DNA of 64,000 bases from assembly GCA_029256015.1 (NCBI GenBank), contig JAQSYQ010000009.1, positions 17,902-81,901 of the forward strand. Direction: 5' to 3'. This DNA comes from Gammaproteobacteria bacterium. GTDB lineage: Bacteria; Pseudomonadota; Gammaproteobacteria; Francisellales; CACEW01. The translations under genes and the position numbers were made by a program. Below the pieces are notes generated by a model. It saw only the letters and a program-made list of their open reading frames with translations. It was not told where the DNA came from and did not search any database. Shown here piece by piece: positions 19,836 through 29,529 of this stretch. Within the stretch, counting starts at the first letter, position 1; every line of letters starts with the position of its first letter.

Positions 19836-20639
19836 ATGTTAAAAAAAATTGCTTATATCATTTTAATTTCAAGTGCATTATTGCTTAGCGCCTGCTCTGT
19901 TCCTGTGATTCAGATGCAGCATTTTAGCAAGCCTCAAGCCAAGCTGCCCTCATTTGGCAATATAGAAGTGCAAACTTTTAGCGATAAACGTAATACAGAC
20001 GGGCAAATTCTTTATCAGGAAACTCTCAAGTCGGATAATATGACCTCGGAGTTTTTGCAGAAATCTCAAGGCTTGGGAAGCGGAACTTGGCACTATGCGA
20101 CAGAGCCGCAGCTCAATGTCTTTTTACAAAAAGTGATGCAGCAAGTGGGTGAGCAATCAGGATTTATTAATCCTCATTCCAGCAAACATTACACAATTGA
20201 AGGAAATATTCTGGGTCTTGGCATCCAGATGAACCAAAGCTTGGGAGAGGTAACGGTTCGTGTGAAATTCACCGGAGTATTGCGCAAGGATAATGGCGTA
20301 ATGCTGATGATTATGCCAATTGATTTCAAGTATACTCAAGCCATGACTCAGCCTTTAGCAGACAAATCTCAACCAGCGCAATTGACGGTATTATTAGATC
20401 AAGCGCTAACAGGGGCTTCTTTGGAAATGTATCAAGCTATCAATGCCAATTTCCCGCCTGCTCAAAAGAAAATCCCTCCTAGCCTTCCTTTAAATAAGGA
20501 AGGAACCGAGCCTAGCTCCGCTTTGGCAAAGGAAGGAAGCCCTACGCTTGATAGCGCTGCTTCCTCACAGGGGAAAAATAATTCCCCTCTTTTGCAAAGA
20601 GGGGCAGGGGGAGATTTAACTAAGGGGTCTAGCTCATGA
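19836..20639 (+). CDS. Lipoprotein (YajG-like) whose C-terminal ~50 aa are encoded by a palindromic repeat
   Basis: Signal MLKKIAYIILISSALLLSAC with lipobox LSAC; D.R motif. Confidence 0.75.
   Translation: MLKKIAYIILISSALLLSACSVPVIQMQHFSKPQAKLPSFGNIEVQTFSDKRNTDGQILYQETLKSDNMTSEFLQKSQGLGSGTWHYATEPQLNVFLQKVMQQVGEQSGFINPHSSKHYTIEGNILGLGIQMNQSLGEVTVRVKFTGVLRKDNGVMLMIMPIDFKYTQAMTQPLADKSQPAQLTVLLDQALTGASLEMYQAINANFPPAQKKIPPSLPLNKEGTEPSSALAKEGSPTLDSAASSQGKNNSPLLQRGAGGDLTKGSSS
20470..20617. repeat. In-frame palindromic element (AAATCCCTCC family)
   Basis: AAATCCCTCCTAGCCTTCCTT...CCCCTCTTT-tgc-AAAGAGGGGCAGGGGGAGATTT. Confidence 0.8.
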
Positions 20640-21595
20640 CTACAATAGCAACTTGGTGGATGTGGTTGGTTTTTCTTGGGGTAGTATTGCTCACCATGGC
20701 AATAGATTTATGGGGCTGCGGGGCCTCTAAAGTTCATAGGATGTCGAACAAAGAAGCTCTATCTTGGGTAACGGTGTGGATAGTTTTGGCGCTGTGCTTT
20801 AATGCTTTTATCTGGTGGCATACCAATCAAGTTGATGGCCCTATTATTGCCAAGGAAAAGGCGACTGAGTTTTTAACCGGTTTTTTGGTCGAGAAGTCTC
20901 TGGCTGTCGATAATCTTTTTGTATTTTTGATGATATTCAGCTATTTCCAAGTGCCGGCTGAATACCAAAGACGGGTGCTGTTGTATGGAGTGTTTGGTGC
21001 GATTGTCTTAAGAGCTGTAATGATTGGTGCGGGTGCCTGGCTGATTATGAAAGCGCATTGGATTTTATATCTATTTGGCGCATTTTTGATTTTTACCGGA
21101 ATCAAAATGCTGATATTCGCCAATAAAGAAAATAAATCCTTGGAAGACAATGTTTTATTGAAATGGCTTAAGAGACATCTGCCCATTGCTCCTCTGTATC
21201 ATGGTGAGAAGTTTTTTATTAAACAGAACGGCAAGTTATTTTTCACTCCGATGTTCATCGTGTTAATTTTGATTGAATTTAGTGATTTGGTTTTTGCGAC
21301 AGACAGCGTCCCCGCTATTTTTGCCATTACCCAGGATCCCTTTATTGTGTTGACCTCCAATATATTTGCCATTATGGGATTAAGGGCCATGTACTTCTTA
21401 TTGGCCAGCATGGCAGAAAGATTTCATCTGCTTAAATATGCAGTGGCCATTATTTTGCTGATTATCGGTGCTAAGATGCTGATTGAGCCATGGTTTGAGG
21501 TCTCAACGGCGCTAGCTTTGGGCTTGGTTGCAGGGATTTTATTGATATCGGTTGTGGCGAGCTTAATTCAAACCCGCCATCGAGGGAGCCGATAA
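20636..21595 (+). CDS. TerC/Alx family membrane protein
   Basis: EKSLAVDNLFVF, QRRVLLYGV.GAIVLR, DLVFATDSVPAI, SNIFAIMGLRAMYF. Confidence 0.93.
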   Translation: MTTIATWWMWLVFLGVVLLTMAIDLWGCGASKVHRMSNKEALSWVTVWIVLALCFNAFIWWHTNQVDGPIIAKEKATEFLTGFLVEKSLAVDNLFVFLMIFSYFQVPAEYQRRVLLYGVFGAIVLRAVMIGAGAWLIMKAHWILYLFGAFLIFTGIKMLIFANKENKSLEDNVLLKWLKRHLPIAPLYHGEKFFIKQNGKLFFTPMFIVLILIEFSDLVFATDSVPAIFAITQDPFIVLTSNIFAIMGLRAMYFLLASMAERFHLLKYAVAIILLIIGAKMLIEPWFEVSTALALGLVAGILLISVVASLIQTRHRGSR

Positions 21596-21600
21596 TATTG

Positions 21601-22329
21601 TTATGGTTTTGGCGCTTGTCCTGTTATGGAGCTAAGTTCTGCTTTAAGATCTGCAGGTAGTCCATGCAATAAGTGAGGATTAAAGCAAGTTACGATTTTT
21701 GCATGGTTTTGATATTCTCGAAGCTGATCTCGTATTTTCTTATTATCACGTTCCAAAAATGCAATGCTTTCCTCTAAAACTAATAGCCTTTCCCTGATAT
21801 GATTAATCTCCTCATTGTATTGATGAATTCGAGCGTTAGCTGCTTCTGAGGCTGCTTTGCTTTCTCGAAGCTCAGCAATAGCTTCAGTCTTTTCTCTGGC
21901 AAATTTTCTGGCTATTTGAACGGCTTCATGTGATCGATTTTGCTCAGTTTCCAATTTAGTCTGGGCAAGCTCTAGCTGTCTTTTACGCTCTCGGGCTGCA
22001 GCAGCTCTTTGCTCTTCAAGTTTGCTTAATAACCTTTTATTAAGCTCCTGCAAATTATCATTAGCTATGGTTAACTCTGCAATTCTTCTAGTTAATTCCG
22101 AAATTTTCTCGGTTTTTGCTTCTAGGGTTGCATCTCTTTTCCTAAGCTGGGCCGCTGCGGAAGCTAAATGTGCGCATAGAGCTTCAATGGCTTTTGCATG
22201 GGGAGTTTCCATTTCTCCAGGAGGAATTACTACGCTAATTCCTCCTGTCTTAGTCATTGTGACAGAATAAGGATTTTGAGAGCTGGCTTCCTCTTCAAGC
22301 CGCTCAAAGTGTAGTTTAGCAAAAGCCAT
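21601..22329 (-). CDS. Orphan coiled-coil protein
   Basis: Long heptad-rich E/K/R/L/A segment; AAGGA RBS. Confidence 0.8.
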   Translation of the reverse strand: MAFAKLHFERLEEEASSQNPYSVTMTKTGGISVVIPPGEMETPHAKAIEALCAHLASAAAQLRKRDATLEAKTEKISELTRRIAELTIANDNLQELNKRLLSKLEEQRAAAARERKRQLELAQTKLETEQNRSHEAVQIARKFAREKTEAIAELRESKAASEAANARIHQYNEEINHIRERLLVLEESIAFLERDNKKIRDQLREYQNHAKIVTCFNPHLLHGLPADLKAELSSITGQAPKP

Positions 22330-22350
22330 TGCTGCTTCCTTGATTTAATT

Positions 22351-23640
22351 TTATTGGGCAGGCGGATACATGCCGGCGGTTTGCGTAGTCTGAGGCATTG
22401 CCATTTGCGCAGCATAAAAAGGCGCCTGCACGACTCCTTGGGTTGGATAGGGCAGGTACATTCCTTGCGTAGGATATGGATAAATCTGGCCGGCGGTTGT
22501 TGGCATACAATAAACAATTGGCGGAGCTGGCTGAGTATAGGCAATGCCTGGCATTTGAGACATGAGCATTGCTTGTGGCCTTTGATAGGGCATAGCTTGT
22601 ATGTTAGAAGCTGAGTTTTGGACAGCAACTGGCGCTGTGCTGCTAGCTGGAGCCGCGTCACCTGCAGGTTCGGCTTGTGGTTGTGGTCGCCTAGCTAAAA
22701 TTTTAGGGGCCTCCTGCTTAGCCTTTAATCGTTGTTCAAGATCGGCGATCTTCTCATTCTTTCTGGCAAGAGCTTTTTGATGGTTGCTAAGTTCGCGATT
22801 TAAGCGAGCAATATTATTGTTTAAGGCTTTTATTTGGTCTGCTTGAGAGACAGTTTTGGACTGGAGGGCTCCGGTTTCTCCCTTAATTTTGTCAGTTATG
22901 CTTCTTGTTAAAGTTCGCAACTCCTCTGACTGATTGGCATTACTTTGTTTGTAAGTATCGGATAAAAGCTCATACTCTTTGCGTAATGCCTGGGTTTGAT
23001 CCACGAGATTTTTCAACTGCTGCGTATGTTCAGTTTGCAAAGTAGTGATTTTTGCTTCCAGTTTTGTGATCTGGTTTTTGTAATCACTTTCAAGGCTTTG
23101 TATCTGAGCTCTAAGTTGTTTATTGGCAGTCAAGGCACGGGCATGGCCCTCTTTGGCTTGATCGGTGGAACGCTTAGCATCTTTCAATGCATTAGCTAAG
23201 CGACGACTTTCTTCGGTTGCTTCTGAAGTCTCAAGTTGGGCGGCGCTCAAATAGGCTTCAAGCTCTTTAATTCTTTTATGAAGCGCTGTCACCACAGATT
23301 GTTTATCAGCTTTTCCCTCTGCAATTAGCCTAGAGATACTAGAAGCAACATGATCAGCCCAACGTAAGTAACGCGTATCTGATAACGTAAATGAGTCATC
23401 CTGGAGGCCTTCTACCATAGCCCCACCAATGTGGCGTGCGGCTGTAACTAAATCTCTATGATTTTCTACACGTTGAGCTAGTTTATTGATAATGGCTCTA
23501 AGCTGTGTTGTAGTAAAATTGCTTAGATCCCCTGATTCAGGCATGCCACATTCTGTTAATACAGTATTTGTTTGAGTCAGTTGTCCAGGCAGTTTTACAG
23601 GCAGTAATTCACGCTGTGATGCACGCTGTGATGCACGCAT
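22351..23640 (-). CDS. Orphan coiled-coil protein with P/Q/Y/M-rich low-complexity tail
   Basis: Central coiled coil; tail ...YPYPTQGMYLPYPTQG...MYPPAQ. Confidence 0.8.
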   Translation of the reverse strand: MRASQRASQRELLPVKLPGQLTQTNTVLTECGMPESGDLSNFTTTQLRAIINKLAQRVENHRDLVTAARHIGGAMVEGLQDDSFTLSDTRYLRWADHVASSISRLIAEGKADKQSVVTALHKRIKELEAYLSAAQLETSEATEESRRLANALKDAKRSTDQAKEGHARALTANKQLRAQIQSLESDYKNQITKLEAKITTLQTEHTQQLKNLVDQTQALRKEYELLSDTYKQSNANQSEELRTLTRSITDKIKGETGALQSKTVSQADQIKALNNNIARLNRELSNHQKALARKNEKIADLEQRLKAKQEAPKILARRPQPQAEPAGDAAPASSTAPVAVQNSASNIQAMPYQRPQAMLMSQMPGIAYTQPAPPIVYCMPTTAGQIYPYPTQGMYLPYPTQGVVQAPFYAAQMAMPQTTQTAGMYPPAQ

Positions 23641-23713
23641 ATCTATCCCCCTATGTTATGATTATTAAAATAACCTTGTAACTATTTGAGAAGATTTGTG
23701 TTTCAATCTGACT

Positions 23714-24835
23714 TTATAATGCAGAACTCTCTTTAACTTCTTGTTTAAGCTGAACAATTTTTTCGCCTATTTCGCTTTTTAATCGGCGACGAGCTCTCAC
23801 TGACTGAGCAAGTTCATTCAATATTTTTATCGTTTCTTCAAAGCTAATGCAAGCATCAGTAATACTTTGGCCATAAGTTAAGCTTTTGCCTTTTACTAAA
23901 TCTTGTCTGCCTTCCACTAGATGGCTTTCTATCATCACGCCAGAAATCGTATCAGAGCCCGCAGCAATCTGGCTGCTTAGATTTTTTGCCACTTCGCTTT
24001 GGCGTTTATAGTCTTTGCCGCTATTACCATGACTACAGTCTACCATAATGTGAGGCGCCAGACCTGCTTGCTTTAAACTATTCGATGTTTCAACAATGCT
24101 TTTTTCATCGTAATTACTGCTGTTATTGCCTCCGCGTAAAACCACATGGCAGTCTTTATTACCTAAGGTTTTGATAATGGCCGCGGTCGCATCCTGAGCG
24201 ATGCCTAAAAAGTGGTGAGGACTGTTAGCGGATTGAATGGCATCTATAGCAATTTTAATATTACCATCCGTACCGTTTTTAAAGCCGATTGGCATAGAGA
24301 GGCCAGAGGCAAGCTGTCGATGTATTGGACTTTCTGTGGTGCGAGCGCCTATGGCGGCCCATGATACAAAGTCGCTGATAAACTGTGGAGTAATGCTGTC
24401 TAGAAACTCAGTCGCAATAGGAAGTCCAAGCTGGCTGATATCGGCCAGCAATTGACGGGCTATTTTTAGACCTTGGTTGATATCAAAGCTGTTATCAAGT
24501 TGAGGGTCGTTGATTAGCCCTTTCCAGCCAATAGTCGTTCTGGGCTTTTCAAAATAGACTCTCATCACAATCAGTAAGTCTTGTGAGACAGTATCGGCGT
24601 AGGCCTTAAGCTTTGTAGCATATTCGAGCGCGGCTTTGACGTCATGAATAGAGCAAGGGCCCACTATTACAAGCAGCCTATCCTCTAGGCCTTTCATAAT
24701 ATTAGCAGCAGACTTTCTGGCTTCTGTAATCAGAATGGAGGCCTGCGTATCTACTTTAATGCTATCGATCAAAGCTTGGGGAAGCCCCAGTTTAGATAAA
24801 CTTTGAACTCGTAAATTGTTGGTATTTAATAACAT
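23714..24835 (-). CDS. DAHP synthase, class I-alpha (AroF/G/H type)
   Basis: GPCSIHD, MRVYFEKPRT, IGARTTES, GFKNGTDG, DCSHGNS, SITDAC. Confidence 0.96.
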   Translation of the reverse strand: MLLNTNNLRVQSLSKLGLPQALIDSIKVDTQASILITEARKSAANIMKGLEDRLLVIVGPCSIHDVKAALEYATKLKAYADTVSQDLLIVMRVYFEKPRTTIGWKGLINDPQLDNSFDINQGLKIARQLLADISQLGLPIATEFLDSITPQFISDFVSWAAIGARTTESPIHRQLASGLSMPIGFKNGTDGNIKIAIDAIQSANSPHHFLGIAQDATAAIIKTLGNKDCHVVLRGGNNSSNYDEKSIVETSNSLKQAGLAPHIMVDCSHGNSGKDYKRQSEVAKNLSSQIAAGSDTISGVMIESHLVEGRQDLVKGKSLTYGQSITDACISFEETIKILNELAQSVRARRRLKSEIGEKIVQLKQEVKESSAL

Positions 24836-24906
24836 ATTAACCTTGCTATTAGTGAATCGATTATATCGAAAACGTATCTATTGGCAAGGTTTAACATTCC
24901 GGTTTC

Positions 24907-26334
24907 CTAAGGGTTTGCTGGAGGGCCTTGCATAAAACCTGGCATTTCAGGAGCAACTTGGCCAGGATAAGCCGGGATCATCCCTTGAGCCATAGCTAGA
25001 GCCATTGCAGCATGAGGGGGAAGGTAGCCGGCCCCCGGTACGAATACCATAGGAATTAATCCTTGAGGCGCAACAGGCATTGAAGAAGGCGGCGTATACG
25101 CCTGAGCGCTTGGGTTGAATTTTGCCTTAACAGCATCTCTTCTGGCAAGCTCAGCAGTTAGCTCAGCAACTTTGCTTTCCGCAGACTCGGCTCGGGCAGT
25201 AACTTGGCCAAGTTGCTGGCGCAATGTAGCCATTAAGGGAGTGATGGCGGCTTTCATGCTTGTCATTTGCTTTTCTTGTTCAGCCTTGATTATAAGAGGC
25301 ATGCGCTTATATTCTTGAGCCAGGCCAGCAGCTTTTGATTGCAAAGCTGATATTTCTGATCTCAGAGCAGCTAATGTTTTCTGATGATCGGATTGGATTT
25401 CGCGAAGCTGTGCTTTTAAACGTTTGTTTTCAGCTTCTGCATTGGCTCTTCCCTCTCTAGCTTGATCTCTCGCTCGATGCGCGTCGCTTAGTTTTGCTTC
25501 AAGTTCTGCAATATGTTTTTTTAGTGCATCGATTTCTGAAGGGTCTTTTTTAGGAGGAGCTTTTTTTTCTACAACTTTAAGGCGATCTGCCAATTGCTCA
25601 TTAGCGCTATTTAGCTTTTCAGCTAAGCTATCATTCCACTGTAATAAAGTAATGTGACTATTCGTTAATCCCATAATACTTTGTTTAATTTTAGTAAAAG
25701 CTTCCGCTAACTCTGTAGTTTTAAAGCTGATGCTCTCTGCCGTTCCCAATGATTCTAAAATTTGATTCAAGAATTCTTCAGTGGCTTCGCGGATTAAATT
25801 TACCTCTTCCTTCAGCATACATTCTCTTAATCTTAATGAACCAGGGCTTCCAACTGAGCTTGATTCGCTTATCTTACTGCCAGCCTTTGCTGTTTCAAGT
25901 TCAGCTTGAAGCATTTTGAATTTCGTCATTAAGCTAGTATTGAGATCATGCAAGACATTATGTTTAGCCACGGATTCTCTCAACAAAGCCTTTATGGATT
26001 CAATAAGCTTTTGAATGGTATTATTGTCGATGACTCTGGATTTAATACCTTGAGTTACCTGATCTACTTGCAATAGCACGGCTTGTACTGATTGACTTAA
26101 TTTAGGGTCAAAAGGAAGCGTAAAGACTTCAAGAGAGCTATCAGGCGTTTCTTGCAGGACTTGAGATAAGCTTAAACCATGTTTTGCGGCTTCTTTTTCG
26201 GCATTTGCGATAAGGGCAGAGATTTGCTCTTTTGTCATGCCGGGCTCAATCTCAACTCTATGCTCAAATGAGCGAACGCCTGCTCCGCCTGCAGCTAATC
26301 CAGATGAAGCTCCTTTTGTCTTTTCTTTTGGCAT
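24907..26334 (-). CDS. Orphan coiled-coil protein with PAM2-like motif and P/M/A/Q-rich tail
   Basis: Coiled coil then KFNPSAQAYTP and low-complexity tail. Confidence 0.8.
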   Translation of the reverse strand: MPKEKTKGASSGLAAGGAGVRSFEHRVEIEPGMTKEQISALIANAEKEAAKHGLSLSQVLQETPDSSLEVFTLPFDPKLSQSVQAVLLQVDQVTQGIKSRVIDNNTIQKLIESIKALLRESVAKHNVLHDLNTSLMTKFKMLQAELETAKAGSKISESSSVGSPGSLRLRECMLKEEVNLIREATEEFLNQILESLGTAESISFKTTELAEAFTKIKQSIMGLTNSHITLLQWNDSLAEKLNSANEQLADRLKVVEKKAPPKKDPSEIDALKKHIAELEAKLSDAHRARDQAREGRANAEAENKRLKAQLREIQSDHQKTLAALRSEISALQSKAAGLAQEYKRMPLIIKAEQEKQMTSMKAAITPLMATLRQQLGQVTARAESAESKVAELTAELARRDAVKAKFNPSAQAYTPPSSMPVAPQGLIPMVFVPGAGYLPPHAAMALAMAQGMIPAYPGQVAPEMPGFMQGPPANP

Positions 26335-26350
26335 ATATTTTCCTATTAAA

Positions 26351-27937
26351 TTAGTGGCTAGCAGTTCTAGCTAATAACGGGCTACTTTCAGTATCTTTTC
26401 TTAGAGCAGCGGTGGCATAAAGATTTAAGCGCACCGGCCTATTAGCCTCTTTAAAGGCTTGAATTGTATTGGCATGTCTCGCTTTAAAAGCTTCCCAGCG
26501 AGCTTTTGAGGCCGGGGTAAATGGATTGCAAGAGTAGTTCTTGGCCGTGATGCTATCTAATTCGGCTAGAGCCTTACACACGTCGCTGATTTCTTGTTCA
26601 GCAGCCTTAGTTGTAGAGTCTGATCTTTGAATGAGCCTTTTGGGGAATGAAAGGGCCTGTGCTTTCGACCGATTGTTCTCTTTATTTCCTAATTCTGCAT
26701 CGATAAATCTAATTATTTTTTCAATCAATAAAGCTCGTATATCCGTAGAAGCTACAACTATATCACGAATTAAGCTTTTCCAGCCTGCTTCACAGGCCTT
26801 TAAATCAAACTTAACCGGGTCAGTGGCTTTGTCCAAGGCATTGTACTCTACAAATTCTTCCAGTATTTCTTTTTTAAATTGAGAAAGTTGCTCAAACACC
26901 TGCTTACGAAAATCTGGAACGCTGAGCAAAGTCTCTCTCAAATCAACCCAGCGCTGCTTCAGGTAATCAAGAATTTCCGTTTTTTCTGGCCCATCTTTCA
27001 TAAATTGATCGGCCACTTTCTTAAATATTTGCTGGTTAAGCAGCAGTGCCTTTAGAAAATACTTCCATTTTTCACGAGTGAATTTAAGTTTGGTGGAAGG
27101 GCTATCGAAGGTAACCTCTGGAGTGTTGTATGGCCTAGCTTTTTTGATATTTAAAGCTGTGGGGTATATTTCTAAATCCGCCCCTAAAGGAAAGTTTATT
27201 AAATCTTCTGCAGTAATAGGAAAGGCATCTCTGGGTTTAATGAGATCATATTCCATATATCTCCCATCAGGTCTTGCGTGTTCGCCTGGGGTACTGGAGC
27301 TCAAATGCTTGCAACTAATGGGCCATAAAGCTTGGCCGGAATCTATTAAAACGATGGTGCCAGGCTGATACTTGGCTTTACCTATATTGAGGCCATGAGC
27401 ATCGTTTTCTGCATAAAGGTAATTGCATACTAAAGCGGCTGCCAGAGATCTGGCGTATTCTGCTGTGCACTCCACGGAACAGGCAAAGTTTCGAGCTGGC
27501 TTGCCTTTTACTATCTTTCCATTGTTAGGTTGGTCTGGGATAGCTGATCTATACAATGTACTGGTGGCAGAGAAAGGAGTAAAGTGCAAGTTTTGAGAGG
27601 CAAGATAAGGCTTTCCTCCAAAGTAAGTTGGACGAGATTTAGGTGCTGCTTTTTTACCTACGATAAGCTGTTTTAAACTATTGGCAATAGCCTCTGCGGC
27701 AGCGTGTGGCTGCGCTTTTACATGCCAATGAGTACGGTCACGCCTTCCGGAGGGTTCAGGTTTTTTAAAAAAAGTGAAGGGAGGGGTCTTATAGTGTTTA
27801 ATGGCTTTTCGAGCAATACCAAAGTCCCTTACTTCCACAGGCCTACTGGGGTATTGTACTGTATATCGAATAACTGCTGGGGGTTCGAAGTGGCCTTCTG
27901 GCTTAATTTTACGTGGCTCTGAATCTAGAGCATGCAT
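26351..27937 (-). CDS. Candidate effector with LepB/AnkK-like atypical (PI) kinase fold
   Basis: WHVK...AE.IA..L..L..G...AP, YLAS, ENDAHGLNIG, VLIDSG. Confidence 0.6.
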   Translation of the reverse strand: MHALDSEPRKIKPEGHFEPPAVIRYTVQYPSRPVEVRDFGIARKAIKHYKTPPFTFFKKPEPSGRRDRTHWHVKAQPHAAAEAIANSLKQLIVGKKAAPKSRPTYFGGKPYLASQNLHFTPFSATSTLYRSAIPDQPNNGKIVKGKPARNFACSVECTAEYARSLAAALVCNYLYAENDAHGLNIGKAKYQPGTIVLIDSGQALWPISCKHLSSSTPGEHARPDGRYMEYDLIKPRDAFPITAEDLINFPLGADLEIYPTALNIKKARPYNTPEVTFDSPSTKLKFTREKWKYFLKALLLNQQIFKKVADQFMKDGPEKTEILDYLKQRWVDLRETLLSVPDFRKQVFEQLSQFKKEILEEFVEYNALDKATDPVKFDLKACEAGWKSLIRDIVVASTDIRALLIEKIIRFIDAELGNKENNRSKAQALSFPKRLIQRSDSTTKAAEQEISDVCKALAELDSITAKNYSCNPFTPASKARWEAFKARHANTIQAFKEANRPVRLNLYATAALRKDTESSPLLARTASH

Positions 27938-28035
27938 AAAAGTCCCTCGTCAATATGATTTTTTTTATAAGGGTGATGTTATAATTAATCTTTTGCTATA
28001 TGTCTATATAAAAAAATTAGGGCGGTCGGCTTTAA

Positions 28036-28923
28036 ATGAAAAATTCTAATTGGTATGCCTTTGTTTTATTGGCATTTTCCCCCTTAATGTGGTCTGGCAA
28101 CTTTATTGTCGGCCGAGTAATGCATGCCACCGTGCCGCCTTTTGCTTTAAGCTTTTACCGCTGGGCATTGGTAGTGGTGATATTATTTCCTTTTGTAGTT
28201 AAACATTTAAAGGAATTTTGGCCCGATATTAAAAAACACAGTATGAGTCTTTGCTTATTGAGTTTGTTTAGTATTGCTATTAACAGTCCGTCGTTTTATC
28301 TAGGCATGCATTACACATCGGTTATTAATGCAAGTCTGGTTTATTCTACCGTTCCAGCCTTTATTTTACTGTTGTCCTGGTTGGTTTTAAAGAGCAGCCT
28401 AACTGGCTTAAAGCTGCTTGCTATTTTGATTTCATTTTTTGGCATTGTATTGATTATGACCCAGGGCCATCCTCTTTTATTACTTAAGCTTCAATTCGAT
28501 AAAGGGGATTTGGCAATATTGATAGCTGCTATTTCCTGGGCGATTTTTTCAGTCTATCTAAAGACTTTTCCTCTTAAATTGCCGCCTTTATTGTTTTTAT
28601 TTGTCACAAGTGCGATGGGTAGCCTATTGCTGCTGCCAGCTTTTTTAATTGAATTATGCCTCGGATATCACACTATATGGAGTGTGCAAACGGGAGTAGG
28701 CCTGATTTATGCCTCTGCTTTTTCTTCTGTTTTGGGATTCACTGCTTGGAATTTGGGCATTTATAAAAAAGGCCCAGCCATAGCCGGTTACTTTTTTAAC
28801 TTATTGCCGGTATATAGCACTATTTTAGCAGTTTTGCTCTTAGGGGAGCAGCTCCATACCTACCACGTCTGGGGAATTTGCTTTGTTGTGCTTGGAATTC
28901 TCTTGGCAAATATAGGCAAATAA
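28036..28923 (+). CDS. DMT/EamA family transporter
   Basis: WSGNFIVGR, PPFAL.FYRW, 10 TM in two repeats. Confidence 0.93.
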   Translation: MKNSNWYAFVLLAFSPLMWSGNFIVGRVMHATVPPFALSFYRWALVVVILFPFVVKHLKEFWPDIKKHSMSLCLLSLFSIAINSPSFYLGMHYTSVINASLVYSTVPAFILLLSWLVLKSSLTGLKLLAILISFFGIVLIMTQGHPLLLLKLQFDKGDLAILIAAISWAIFSVYLKTFPLKLPPLLFLFVTSAMGSLLLLPAFLIELCLGYHTIWSVQTGVGLIYASAFSSVLGFTAWNLGIYKKGPAIAGYFFNLLPVYSTILAVLLLGEQLHTYHVWGICFVVLGILLANIGK

Positions 28924-28946
28924 AAAAGGCTGCATAGCAGCCTTTT
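28922..28946. terminator. Bidirectional terminator
   Basis: AAAAAAGGCTGC-ata-GCAGCCTTTT between convergent genes. Confidence 0.8.
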
Positions 28947-28962
28947 AATATCGAGCCAATAA

Positions 28963-29331
28963 TTATTGGATTGGAGCCATTACTAAGTAAACGTCCACCC
29001 CAGTAAAGCCTTGATAGTTGTATAAGCAAAGGCTTGAATTTGATGGTCCTCTTGAGGTAGCATTTAACGTGCCGTTGATGCCTTCAGTCATAGGGTGAAG
29101 AACAGTATTTCCACCATTTTCATTTAGGCTAACATAGGTTTGATTGTCAGCATTCACACCATTAACAATCACTACACCGTCTGTAATGTTTGGGTTTGGT
29201 TGGTAAAAAGTCAAGTCAGCATCTGGGCAAGGCATGCCTTCTACTGTGCCTTCGGCGCCTCTTAAAGAAGCGGCTGCTCCACCTTGAACGGCTAAAAAAG
29301 CGACTGCTGCATTTCTTAATACGTTAAACAT
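28963..29331 (-). CDS. Small secreted hypothetical protein
   Basis: Signal-peptide-like N-terminus; AAGGAG RBS; N/T/G-rich. Confidence 0.7.
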   Translation of the reverse strand: MFNVLRNAAVAFLAVQGGAAASLRGAEGTVEGMPCPDADLTFYQPNPNITDGVVIVNGVNADNQTYVSLNENGGNTVLHPMTEGINGTLNATSRGPSNSSLCLYNYQGFTGVDVYLVMAPIQ

Positions 29332-29529
29332 AAAACTCTCCTTGTTGTATGGTTTATTTTTGAATCAACAACATCATAGCATTTTTACAGAAATAAGCAA
29401 GGTTTTTCTAGCAAAAACGACCGGTAAAAAACATTATAAATCAATAGCTTAAAAAATAAAACTCCATGTGCTTGCCAAGCCTCACTCTTATTCCTACACT
29501 GCCTAAGGTTTCCAAAGGATTATTCAGGC

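Noticed and set aside
23610-23640. 12-bp tandem repeat encoding RASQRASQ
   Set aside because: Only two copies; trivial slippage duplication
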